From: Steroidobacteraceae bacterium
GTDB taxonomy: Bacteria > Pseudomonadota > Gammaproteobacteria > Steroidobacterales > Steroidobacteraceae
Length of the DNA: 64,000 bases
Reading direction: 5' to 3'
Assembly: GCA_036521075.1 (NCBI GenBank)
Contig: DATDIL010000031.1
Span: 7,961-71,960, forward strand
A program made the position numbers and the translations under genes. Positions within the stretch are counted from its first letter, which is position 1. Each line of letters opens with the position of its first letter. This document shows, piece after piece, positions 18,033-26,484 of this stretch. The notes below the pieces were generated by a model, which was not told where the DNA came from, did not search any database, and saw only the letters and a program-made list of their open reading frames with translations.

Positions 18033-18053
18033 CCGTGGACCCGCTCCGGTTCC

Positions 18054-18824
18054 ATGACTGCGCTACACTCTGGCGCGATGTTGGTTCTGGAACACATTTC
18101 CAAGGGATTTGACGGGCGCCGGGTGCTGACCGATGTCAGCGTGACCGTTCCGACTGGCGCAACCCATGCCCTGATCGGTTCTAGCGGATCGGGTAAAACC
18201 ACACTGTTGAGAATCACGCTGCGGCTTATCGAACTGGACCACGGCATGGTGAAGATCGACACCCGCCCCTTGTCGACCTTCGGACCGGAGGCCTGGGCAG
18301 ACCAGATTGGCTATGTCCCCCAGGATGGGGGTTTATTTCCGCATCTGACCGGCCAGCAAAACGTTGCGCTGGTCCCGAAGTTGCGCGGTTGGAAACCGCC
18401 GGCCATTCAAGCCCGCCTGGAGCAGCTGCAAAGCCTCGTGGCACTTGAGTCTTCCGTGTTGCAGCGTTATCCGCATCAGATGAGTGGCGGGCAGAAGCAG
18501 CGGGTGGCGATCATGCGGGCGGCGATGATGGACCCGGCAGTGATGTTGCTTGATGAGCCGATGGCCGCGTTGGACCCATTGATCCGCAGCACGCTACAAC
18601 AGGAACTCAAGTCCATCTTTCAGCGCCTCGGCAAGACCGTGCTGATCGTGACACATGATCTTGGTGAAGCCGTATTTCTGGCCGAACGACTCACGCTGCT
18701 GCATGAGGGAAAAGTGGTGCAGAGTGGAACTTTTCGCGACCTGCTGCTCACCCCGGCGGATGCCTTCGTCACCGCGTTCATCAAGGCCCAACGCACCTTG
18801 CCCGACAGCGCAGGCCCGCAATGA
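18054..18824 (+). CDS. ABC transporter ATP-binding protein (osmoprotectant/quaternary-amine OpuC/YehX type)
   Basis: Walker A GSSGSGKTTLLR, signature MSGGQKQRVAIMRA, Walker B MLLDEPMAALD. There is an ATGA overlap with the next gene at 18821-18824. Confidence 0.85.
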   Translation: MTALHSGAMLVLEHISKGFDGRRVLTDVSVTVPTGATHALIGSSGSGKTTLLRITLRLIELDHGMVKIDTRPLSTFGPEAWADQIGYVPQDGGLFPHLTGQQNVALVPKLRGWKPPAIQARLEQLQSLVALESSVLQRYPHQMSGGQKQRVAIMRAAMMDPAVMLLDEPMAALDPLIRSTLQQELKSIFQRLGKTVLIVTHDLGEAVFLAERLTLLHEGKVVQSGTFRDLLLTPADAFVTAFIKAQRTLPDSAGPQ

Positions 18825-20305
18825 AGGTTGCTGCGTGGTCGGGCCTGTTGCTCGCGGCTTTGCTCGCTCCCGGGGTGGCGACGGCAGACAGCATCGTGGT
18901 CGGTTCAAAGATCTTTACGGAAAGCTACGTGCTGGCGGAGATTGCCGCGCAGACGCTGGAAGCATCCGGCCCTCCCGTACCCGTGGTACGCAAACTCGGC
19001 ATGGGAAGCACCGGAATTCTGTTTGAGTCTCTGAACAGTGGCGCCATTGACGTCTACCCGGATTACACCGGAACGCTGGCGGAAGCCATTCTCAAGACAC
19101 CGCAGCTGAAGTCCGTGGTGCAGATCCGGGCAGCGCTGTTGAAAATGGGAATCGTGATTTCCGAACCGCTGGGCTTCGACAATACCTATGCCCTGGCGGT
19201 GCGGGAGGATTTTGCCAATGCCAACGGCCTGCTGCGAATCAGTGATCTCGCCCGACTGCACGCGAGGATCCGGTGTGGATTCAGTTACGAGTTCATGGAC
19301 CGTCAGGATGGCTATCCGGGATTGGCCGACCGTTATCGACTGGGGATTGATTCCGCACACGTCAACCGCATGGAACATAGCCTGACGTACCAGGCCATCG
19401 ACCAGCACGCGGTGGATGTCATCGACGTGTATTCCACCGACGCGAAAATCAAGAAATTCCGCCTCCGGGTGCTTACAGACGATCTGCATTACTTTCCGAC
19501 CTACCAGGCCGTGTGGGTCGCGCGCTCAGCGTTCGTGGCGCGCTATCCGGCGCAGTGGCGCGCCCTGCGCCAGTGGGAGGGTCGGATCGACCAGGACCGC
19601 ATGCAGGAGCTGAACTCCCAGGTCGATATTGATAAGCGCAACGTGAGCGAGGTTGCTGCGGGCTTTCGCGGCACCATCGCCCACGCGCCCTCGGCGGCGG
19701 CTCAAATCGGCCGCCGCACCCTCGAGCACCTGTGGCTCGTGGGTGTGTCGCTGGCTTTTTCGATATTCGTCGGGGTGCCGTTGGGGATCGTGGCGGCGCG
19801 GCACCGCAGAACCGGGCAAGTGATTCTCACACTCAGTGCGGTAACCCAGACCGTACCCTCGCTGGCCCTGTTGTGCTTCCTGATCCCGGTGTTCGGCGTT
19901 GGCGCAAAACCTGCGTTGGCCGCTTTGTGTCTCTACAGTCTGTTGCCCGTGGTATTGAATACCTTTACGGGTATTCGTGGGATTGACCCGCGCCACTTGG
20001 AGAATGCCCGGGCCTTCGGACTTACCCCAAGGCAGATTCTCGTGAGCATTGTGTTGCCGCTCGCCAGCCCGGCGCTGCTGACGGGTATCAGGACGGCGAC
20101 CATCGTCAGCATCGGCACGGCGACCCTGGCCGCGCTGGTCGGGGCCGGTGGCTACGGTGTCCCCATCGTATCCGGACTGTCCTTGAATGATGTGCCAACC
20201 ATTCTGACCGGCGCGATTCCGGCGGCAATCATGGCATGGATCGCGCACATCGCCTTCAATCTGCTGGGCCGGATCGTCATTCCGGCCGGACTGCAGGCCG
20301 ATTGA
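18821..20305 (+). CDS. fused periplasmic betaine-type substrate-binding domain (OpuAC family, N-terminal) + ABC permease (C-terminal)
   Basis: 494 aa with a signal peptide (MKVAAWSGLLLAALLAPGVATA). The SBP part reads IVVGSKIFTESYVLAEI...IDVYPDYTGTL...YALAV. About five TM helices follow, with the permease EAA-like loop (ENARAFGLTPRQILVSIVLPLASPALLTGIR). Confidence 0.85.
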   Translation: MKVAAWSGLLLAALLAPGVATADSIVVGSKIFTESYVLAEIAAQTLEASGPPVPVVRKLGMGSTGILFESLNSGAIDVYPDYTGTLAEAILKTPQLKSVVQIRAALLKMGIVISEPLGFDNTYALAVREDFANANGLLRISDLARLHARIRCGFSYEFMDRQDGYPGLADRYRLGIDSAHVNRMEHSLTYQAIDQHAVDVIDVYSTDAKIKKFRLRVLTDDLHYFPTYQAVWVARSAFVARYPAQWRALRQWEGRIDQDRMQELNSQVDIDKRNVSEVAAGFRGTIAHAPSAAAQIGRRTLEHLWLVGVSLAFSIFVGVPLGIVAARHRRTGQVILTLSAVTQTVPSLALLCFLIPVFGVGAKPALAALCLYSLLPVVLNTFTGIRGIDPRHLENARAFGLTPRQILVSIVLPLASPALLTGIRTATIVSIGTATLAALVGAGGYGVPIVSGLSLNDVPTILTGAIPAAIMAWIAHIAFNLLGRIVIPAGLQAD

Positions 20306-20323
20306 TCCAGCCGACAGCTTCCC

Positions 20324-21271
20324 TCATACGAGTCCGAAGATCGCGAACTGGCGCCGGGCATCGGTCCATAGTCGCTGGGTATGCCAGCCATGATGGCGCG
20401 CGAACTCCGAAAACGCCCTGATCTCGTACTTTCGCGAACTCTCGGTATGGATGGTTTCGCCGCGCCGGAACGCGAAGCCTTTCCCGGCGATCGCGATCAC
20501 CTGGTCGATCGGACTCTCAAGATGCATTTCCACTGCGCAATCCGCCTCGTTCCAGCGCGCCAAGTGGCGGAATTGTCGGGGTGAGAATTGCCCATCCAAC
20601 TCGCGATTGATGCGCACCAGGATGTTCCGATTGAAGTCTGCGGTAACCCCGGCGCTGTCATCATAGGCTGGCAGCAGAATGCCGAGATCCTTCTTCAGAT
20701 CCACGCCGATGATGGCCGCGCCTTGCGGGCCGACCTGCCGGCGCATCCGTTGCAGCAGTAACCCGGCGTCCTTGGCGTTCAGATTGCCAATCGTGGACCC
20801 GGGGAAAAAGGCCACGCGCCGGCCGTCAGCCACGAGCGCAGACGGCAATGAGAACTCGGAGGTGAAATCGGCCACTACCGGATTCACACTCAGGTTCGTG
20901 AAGCGGTGCCGGAAACGCTGCGCCGTGAGTTCCAGAAAGCCGGGCGCGATGTCAATGGGAATATAGGAGCGTGGGCAATCAAGTTGACCGACGACAATCT
21001 CCGTCTTGATACCTGCCCCGGCACCGTATTCCAGCAGATTCGCGTTGGCGCCACAGAACTGCGAAATGTCCGCCGCATGTTCTTGCAGAATCAGCGTCTC
21101 GGTTCGGGTTGGATAATACTCCGGAAGCGCTGTGATCTGTTCAAACAGATCACAGCCGCGCGGGTCGTAGAGCCAACGGCTTGGCAGTGTTTTCTGAGCT
21201 CTGGCGAGACCCTGCAACACATCAAGCCGGAACGCATCCAATTGTCCATCACGTTGAACCGCTACATCCAT
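20324..21271 (-). CDS. egtD: L-histidine N-alpha-methyltransferase (ergothioneine biosynthesis)
   Basis: 315 aa. Motifs: LPSRWLYDPRGCDLFEQITALPEYYPTRTE, LLEYGAGAGIKT, and FAFRRGETIHTESSRKY near the C-terminus. Confidence 0.85.
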   Translation of the reverse strand: MDVAVQRDGQLDAFRLDVLQGLARAQKTLPSRWLYDPRGCDLFEQITALPEYYPTRTETLILQEHAADISQFCGANANLLEYGAGAGIKTEIVVGQLDCPRSYIPIDIAPGFLELTAQRFRHRFTNLSVNPVVADFTSEFSLPSALVADGRRVAFFPGSTIGNLNAKDAGLLLQRMRRQVGPQGAAIIGVDLKKDLGILLPAYDDSAGVTADFNRNILVRINRELDGQFSPRQFRHLARWNEADCAVEMHLESPIDQVIAIAGKGFAFRRGETIHTESSRKYEIRAFSEFARHHGWHTQRLWTDARRQFAIFGLV

Positions 21272-21274
21272 GAT

Positions 21275-22552
21275 CTAGGCATCCTCAGCAAGTCGCACAC
21301 CCGAAAACTGCCAGCGGGTGTCGGGACGGAAGAAATTGCGATAACTCGCACGTATGTGCTTCGCCGGCGTCACGCACGAGCCGCCGCGCAGGACGTACTG
21401 TCCGGACATGAATTTTCCGTTGTACTCGCCGACCGCGCCGGCCGAGGGACGAAAGCCGGGATAGGCCGAAAATGAACTGCGGGTCCATTCCCACACATCA
21501 CCAAACAACTGCTGTGGCCCGAAGCCCAATCCTGGAGCCGGCATGGCGCGCAACAGTCCCGAGTCGGCAAAGTTGCCCTCGCAGGGTGCGGATTGGGCCG
21601 CCGCCTCCCACTCAAATTCGCTCGGGAGTCGCCTGCCCTTCCAGGTCGCGAATGCGTCGGCCTCGAAATAACTCACATGGGTGACGGGTGCATCGAGTTC
21701 CAGCGCCTGAGCGCCGTGCAGAGTCATGGTGAAGTACGCACCATCCTCTTCCCACCAATACAGCGGCGATGTCCACCCTTGCCGCTGCACCTCGGTCCAG
21801 CCATCGGAGAGCCAGAGCAGTGGTTTGTGGTAACCCCCATCGACCATGAACTCGAGCCATTCCCGATTGGTCACGCATCTATTCGCGAGTCGACAGGCAG
21901 GACGTATCACGCGATGACGCGGGCCTTCACAGTCGAAGGCGAAATTCTCGCCAGCATGGCCGACCTCGACGGTGGCCTCCTCGTACCGGGTGTAACCAGG
22001 TGGGTCATGTGCCGCCACGCGACGCGGTCCGTGCGGTGCTGATGAGTATTCGGGCCGCAATGGATTTTCCGAGAACAGATGCAGGATATCGGTGAGCAGC
22101 AGCTCCTGATGTTGCTGTTCATGGTGACAGCCAAGCTCCATGAGCGCGCGGACCTGAGGGCCCACGGGACGATCGAGCAAACGCGTCAGCGCCTGATCGA
22201 CGTGCTCGCGGTACCGAGCAATCTCCTCGAGCGTGGGCCGCGTAAGCAGCCCACGCTTCGGGCGCGCGTGCCGGGCGCCAATAGTTTCGTAATAGGAATT
22301 GAAGAGGAATGCATATCGCGACTCGTACTGTTCATATTCCGGGTCGTGGGGCTGCAGCACCATGGTCTCGAAAAACCAGGTTGTGTGCGCCAGATGCCAC
22401 TTCGCCGGACTCGCATCCGGCATGGACTGTGCCGTGGCATCCGCGTCCGACAATGGCGCCGCAAGGCGGCAGGTCTGGTGTCGAGTATCCCGATACAGGC
22501 GCTGAAGGTCCTCGCCTACCGTAGTCGAGTTGAAAGGCATCGGTGTGGCCAT
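21275..22552 (-). CDS. egtB: hercynine sulfoxide synthase EgtB (DinB_2 + FGE-sulfatase-like domains)
   Basis: 425 aa. Motifs: SPAKWHLAHTTWFFE, HHEQQHQELLLTDI, GDVWEWTRSSFSAYPGF, YVLRGGSCVTP. It sits 3 nt upstream of egtD on the same strand. Confidence 0.85.
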   Translation of the reverse strand: MATPMPFNSTTVGEDLQRLYRDTRHQTCRLAAPLSDADATAQSMPDASPAKWHLAHTTWFFETMVLQPHDPEYEQYESRYAFLFNSYYETIGARHARPKRGLLTRPTLEEIARYREHVDQALTRLLDRPVGPQVRALMELGCHHEQQHQELLLTDILHLFSENPLRPEYSSAPHGPRRVAAHDPPGYTRYEEATVEVGHAGENFAFDCEGPRHRVIRPACRLANRCVTNREWLEFMVDGGYHKPLLWLSDGWTEVQRQGWTSPLYWWEEDGAYFTMTLHGAQALELDAPVTHVSYFEADAFATWKGRRLPSEFEWEAAAQSAPCEGNFADSGLLRAMPAPGLGFGPQQLFGDVWEWTRSSFSAYPGFRPSAGAVGEYNGKFMSGQYVLRGGSCVTPAKHIRASYRNFFRPDTRWQFSGVRLAEDA

Positions 22553-22664
22553 CTTGCCGGTGTTCCGCCCGCATTGTGATTTCGAAACCTATCATAGACG
22601 TGACAGGAAGACCGTCGATAATCGGATTCGTAGCATCGACCTGCGACGGTTTGTAGTTCCCCTC

Positions 22665-23219
22665 CTACACAGCGATCGGCTCATTACTGGTTGAAACTTC
22701 TGCGGCTCCCGAGGTCGCCAGAATATCCTTTGCCTTCAATGCTTCAGCAGCGGTATCGCAATGCACGATGAGCAACGTATGCCCGCTTGCAATCTGACTC
22801 AAATAGCGTTTGGCTTCATCCTCGGCAAGACCCATACCGACCAAAGCCCCCCCCAGCCCGCCCACCGCACCACCCACACCCAGGCCGGCCAGGCCCGCCA
22901 CCAGCGGACCGGCGGCGAGAAAGGGTCCGACACCGGGTATGGCGAGCGCCCCAGCGCCTGCCAGCAGCGCGAATGCCCCAAAAAGCGCGCCCCCTGCAGT
23001 GGCACCGACGGCACTGGCCGATCCGGTCTTGGTGGTTTGGGGAGTCGGCGGAGCCGCGAGATTCGCGCCTTGCGTCGTGGGCTGATTGTTGGGGTGCTCC
23101 GGCAGCAGCACGGAGATTCCCGCGCTTTTGAATCCCTTGATGATGAGCATGTCCACGCCGACTTCCGCCTGCGTTGCCGTGGCATAGATTGCAATGGCTG
23201 ACAGGTGCTTGAGGGACAT
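22665..23219 (-). CDS. stress-type membrane protein (YflT/general-stress-17M-like end domains flanking a Gly-zipper TM region)
   Basis: Internal ATG at 23219 with a GGAAGGAG RBS (track ORF extends to 23438). The N-terminus is AIAIYATATQAEVGVDMLIIKGF, the Gly-rich hydrophobic core is GAGALAIPGVGPFLAAGPLVAGLAGLGVGGAVGG, and the C-terminus is GHTLLIVHCDTAAEALKAKDIL. Confidence 0.65.
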   Translation of the reverse strand: MSLKHLSAIAIYATATQAEVGVDMLIIKGFKSAGISVLLPEHPNNQPTTQGANLAAPPTPQTTKTGSASAVGATAGGALFGAFALLAGAGALAIPGVGPFLAAGPLVAGLAGLGVGGAVGGLGGALVGMGLAEDEAKRYLSQIASGHTLLIVHCDTAAEALKAKDILATSGAAEVSTSNEPIAV

Positions 23220-23366
23220 ATGCACTCCTTCCCAAACGGATTGCCAAGCCCACAGTTTGTCAAACAGGCAAGCCACTGCCAGCCTTCTGGGGCGATAGCT
23301 TCTGTAGGCGCAGACCTGCCACGGCTCGACTCCGCGGGCCGGTAGCGATACGCTGCGGGTACAGAT

Positions 23367-23906
23367 ATGGGCAAGCCGAAACACGTGACATTGGCAGCTC
23401 CGATCTCGGCGATTGATCATCGAGTCGGCGCCGAGCACGCACGCGTCCTATTGCTGGAATACGGCGACTTCGAATGCCCGATCTGCCACGCTGTTGAGCC
23501 GGCCGTCAAGCAGTTGCGTGCTGCTCATCGAACTGATCTGTTGTTCATCTTTAGGCATTACCCGCTTGAGGTTGCCCATCCTCACGCCCTCGTAGCGGCC
23601 GAAGCCGCCGAGGCTGCGGCTGCCCAGGGTCAGTTCTGGCCAATGCATGACCTGTTGCTGACCGATCCGAATCGACTGACCCGACAGCACCTTCAGTCAT
23701 ATGCCGAGCAACTCGGTCTGGATATGCCGCGCTTCAACGCGGAAATGGACGATGAGATCTATCGGCAGCGGGTACGGGAGCACCAGGACGGAGGTCGGCG
23801 CAGTCATCTGCGGGCGACGCCAGGGTTCTATGTCAATGGCGTAATTCAGGACATCAGTGGTGGCATGCGGGCCCTCTTTGACGCTGTGACGGCAGAACTG
23901 CAATGA
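23367..23906 (+). CDS. DsbA-family thioredoxin-fold protein (CPIC active site), no signal peptide evident
   Basis: 179 aa. Motifs: LLEYGDFECPICH, FRHYPL, AAQGQFWPMHDLL, TPGFYVNG. Confidence 0.75.
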   Translation: MGKPKHVTLAAPISAIDHRVGAEHARVLLLEYGDFECPICHAVEPAVKQLRAAHRTDLLFIFRHYPLEVAHPHALVAAEAAEAAAAQGQFWPMHDLLLTDPNRLTRQHLQSYAEQLGLDMPRFNAEMDDEIYRQRVREHQDGGRRSHLRATPGFYVNGVIQDISGGMRALFDAVTAELQ

Positions 23907-23953
23907 TTCGCGCACGCCGGCCATTTCATCAAGTGAATCGGAAGGAGGCCACG

Positions 23954-24538
23954 ATGAACAGCGGACTGCGCGTGGTGAATGCGTCGGTCGCGAGCGCAAT
24001 GCTGGCGGGATGGGCCATGGCGGACACGCCCGCGAGCGTCCCGGTGACATGGGCGCCATACGACATGATCATCGAACTGAATCATCTGCCCAAGACCTAC
24101 ACTTGCAATGACCTGTGGTACAAATTTCGCGACGTCCTGTGGGCCGTCGACGCTCGTGGCATCTCGGAGATCCTTGCCTACGATTGTGGACCCGGACGTG
24201 CCGACCAGGGGCTTTCGCCGAAGGTGCACGTGGTGTTTACGCTGCCTAGAGCGGTGACTGGAATCGAGGCGCGCGGTGCGACCGAGCGTGCAAGCAGCGC
24301 GCAGATCCGCCTCGCGCCCGGCCACCCGATGCGGCTGGATGATTCAGACTGCGTACTGCTGCAGCAAATGAACAATACGCTCTTCCGATCGATACCCTTG
24401 CACGTGGTCAGCGCGAGTTGGAATTGCCAGGCCCGCGTTGCCGCACAACCGAGCTACGCGTTGACCCTGCAGGTGCTCAAGGCAGCAACCGCAGGGGCGC
24501 AAAAAACTACTGGCGGAGCCGGCGCGCACTCCGACTGA
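23954..24538 (+). CDS. secreted hypothetical protein with four Cys
   Basis: ATG at 23954 with a GGAAGGAGG RBS, and signal MNSGLRVVNASVASAMLAGWAMA. An alternative ATG at 23903 overlaps the upstream stop (ATGA). No family recognised. Confidence 0.6.
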   Translation: MNSGLRVVNASVASAMLAGWAMADTPASVPVTWAPYDMIIELNHLPKTYTCNDLWYKFRDVLWAVDARGISEILAYDCGPGRADQGLSPKVHVVFTLPRAVTGIEARGATERASSAQIRLAPGHPMRLDDSDCVLLQQMNNTLFRSIPLHVVSASWNCQARVAAQPSYALTLQVLKAATAGAQKTTGGAGAHSD

Positions 24539-24605
24539 CGGGTGCAGGCGCTGCGCCACCGCTCGGGGTGGTGGGCACGGCGTGGCCTGCGGCTTGGTTC
24601 CACAT

Positions 24606-25274
24606 TTACCCACGCATGCGTATGGCGGGGGCGTGCCGACCGGAAGTTCGCATGACCGCCTGTATCAGATTGCGGTTCGCGAAGTCCCAATCGACAAGTT
24701 CCTCAAGAAAAGTTCGAACATACTCGGAGCGGCGGTTTTGATGATCCAGATAGTAGGCGTGCTCCCACATATCGAGCGCGAGTAGTACCTCCCTGCCGTC
24801 CAGGAGCGGGGAGTCCGAATTGGTGGTGGTTTCGATTCTGAGGTCCCCGTGGTTCCAGGTCAGCCATACCCAGCCGCTGCCAAAGAGGCCCGCGGCCGCC
24901 GCCCTGAACTTATTCACGAAATGGTCATATGAGCCGAATCCTCGCCGAATCAGATTGCTCACCGGGCCCTTGGGCGTGCCCCCGCCGGCCGGTCGCATGG
25001 ACCCCCAGAACATCTGATGATTCCAAATTCCGGCAAGAAGACGGGATAGCTGCGCCTGGGAGGGAATCCGCGCCGTTCGCACGATGAATTCCTCCAGTTC
25101 GAATCCTTCCAGGGGCGTGTTGCTCAGCAGTGCCAGCGCCGACTCGAAACAGGGACGCTGGTGTCGGGCAAAATGTAACCAAAGCATTTCGCGCGACATG
25201 GCCGGTTCGAGGGCGCGAAAGCTGTACGGAAGTTTTGGTGGCTCAACCTGCACTGGTGACTCACCCTGCTGCAC
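24606..25274 (-). CDS. Fe/Mn superoxide dismutase family protein, divergent
   Basis: 222 aa. Motifs: LPYSFRALEP, LHF.RH, WNHQMFW, DMWEHAYYLDHQNRR, so the four metal-ligand positions look retained. Second-sphere residues differ (see findings). Confidence 0.75.
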   Translation of the reverse strand: MQQGESPVQVEPPKLPYSFRALEPAMSREMLWLHFARHQRPCFESALALLSNTPLEGFELEEFIVRTARIPSQAQLSRLLAGIWNHQMFWGSMRPAGGGTPKGPVSNLIRRGFGSYDHFVNKFRAAAAGLFGSGWVWLTWNHGDLRIETTTNSDSPLLDGREVLLALDMWEHAYYLDHQNRRSEYVRTFLEELVDWDFANRNLIQAVMRTSGRHAPAIRMRG

Positions 25275-25523
25275 GCGAAACTTGGTCCACTGCGGATGTC
25301 GGACTTTTACGGCCTTGGATAGTTCCCCTACGGCAAGTCCTGTTGCCCGTCGGCTTTGACCAACGCGTTATCCGTGCATGCCGCAGCGGACAAAATGGCA
25401 GCCACAGGCATGCAATCGATGCGGCTCGCCGCAGAAACTGCGGGAACGATTGTGCCGGTAATTGCTCTAACAAGACGCAGGTTCTGCGTGGATAACGCGC
25501 ACAGCAGCGCGTGGAGGTGTGTC

Positions 25524-25961
25524 ATGAATCGAATCAAGGGCCCCATTGCGGGCGCAGCGACAGTGATGCTGACGGCCGCCATCGCGGCCCCGTGTCTTGC
25601 CGGCACGACCGGCAGTGCGTCGGCACCGAGGGTGCAGATCGAGGCCAATTCTTTCAAGCAGGTCCCAGCCGGACTATCGCAATCGAACGCTCGCATCGAA
25701 CTATCCGCGCAGGTGAACGCCTCGGACCTCGACTTGGCTCACGCCGGCGACGTTGCCAAGCTGCGGCGACGGGTTGAGAATGCCGCCGAACAGGTCTGCG
25801 CTGAAATTGGCGATCGTTATCCGGGGCTGGTTGACTCCGACGACCGTGCGGACGATGCCGCCTGTGTCCAGGGGGCCGTCGATGACGCGCTGTCGCAAAT
25901 CAAAATGGCAGCACTGGTGGCGCGGACGCGCGCAGGCGAGGCGGACAGCAGGTCGGGATAA
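25524..25961 (+). CDS. UrcA-family secreted protein
   Basis: Internal ATG at 25524 after GGAGG, with a signal peptide (AATVMLTAAIAAPCLAG). SDLDLAHAGDVAKLRRRVENAAEQVC is the typical UrcA pattern. Confidence 0.7.
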   Translation: MNRIKGPIAGAATVMLTAAIAAPCLAGTTGSASAPRVQIEANSFKQVPAGLSQSNARIELSAQVNASDLDLAHAGDVAKLRRRVENAAEQVCAEIGDRYPGLVDSDDRADDAACVQGAVDDALSQIKMAALVARTRAGEADSRSG

Positions 25962-26014
25962 GACTATGATCGCTACTATTAGCCTCTTCAAACGACACAA
26001 AAACGAGACTCAGC

Positions 26015-26239
26015 ATGGCCACGATCAAGGTTTTGCAGAATGGCCCTTACGTCGTGCAGGGAGATGACATCACCGCAATTGATTGGAACGGAGCGACATA
26101 CGCAATCCCGAAGCGCCCCTTCGCGCTGTGTCGATGCGGCGCTTCGACCAACAAGCCCTTCTGCGATGGCACCCATACGAAGTTGGGCTTCAAGGCGGCC
26201 GAGGCGGCAGTCCCTGGGAGCCAGGACAGGCCCGCGTAG
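26015..26239 (+). CDS. CDGSH-type iron-sulfur domain protein
   Basis: 74 aa. CRCGASTNKPFCDGTH matches the C-x-C-x2-S/T-x3-P-x-C-D-G-S/T-H 2Fe-2S signature. Confidence 0.85.
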   Translation: MATIKVLQNGPYVVQGDDITAIDWNGATYAIPKRPFALCRCGASTNKPFCDGTHTKLGFKAAEAAVPGSQDRPA

Positions 26240-26484
26240 CGCATGTCCCGTTCAGGCGGTCTGGACAGGATCCGTCATTGCCGTCACATCGGCACCACGC
26301 TCGGGCTGTTCATCGGCTTTGACCATGGCGTCGCGCCGGTAGGTTCCGATCAGACATCCTTTGGCGATGGCACGTCCACGAATCGCAGCAGCGAGTTCTC
26401 CTCTGACGGGCAATCCGGAGGACTCGGCGCGCTGTCCGGCACATTCGGCGATAGAGTGAATGAGCGATTATTAAGGGCGAAGCA

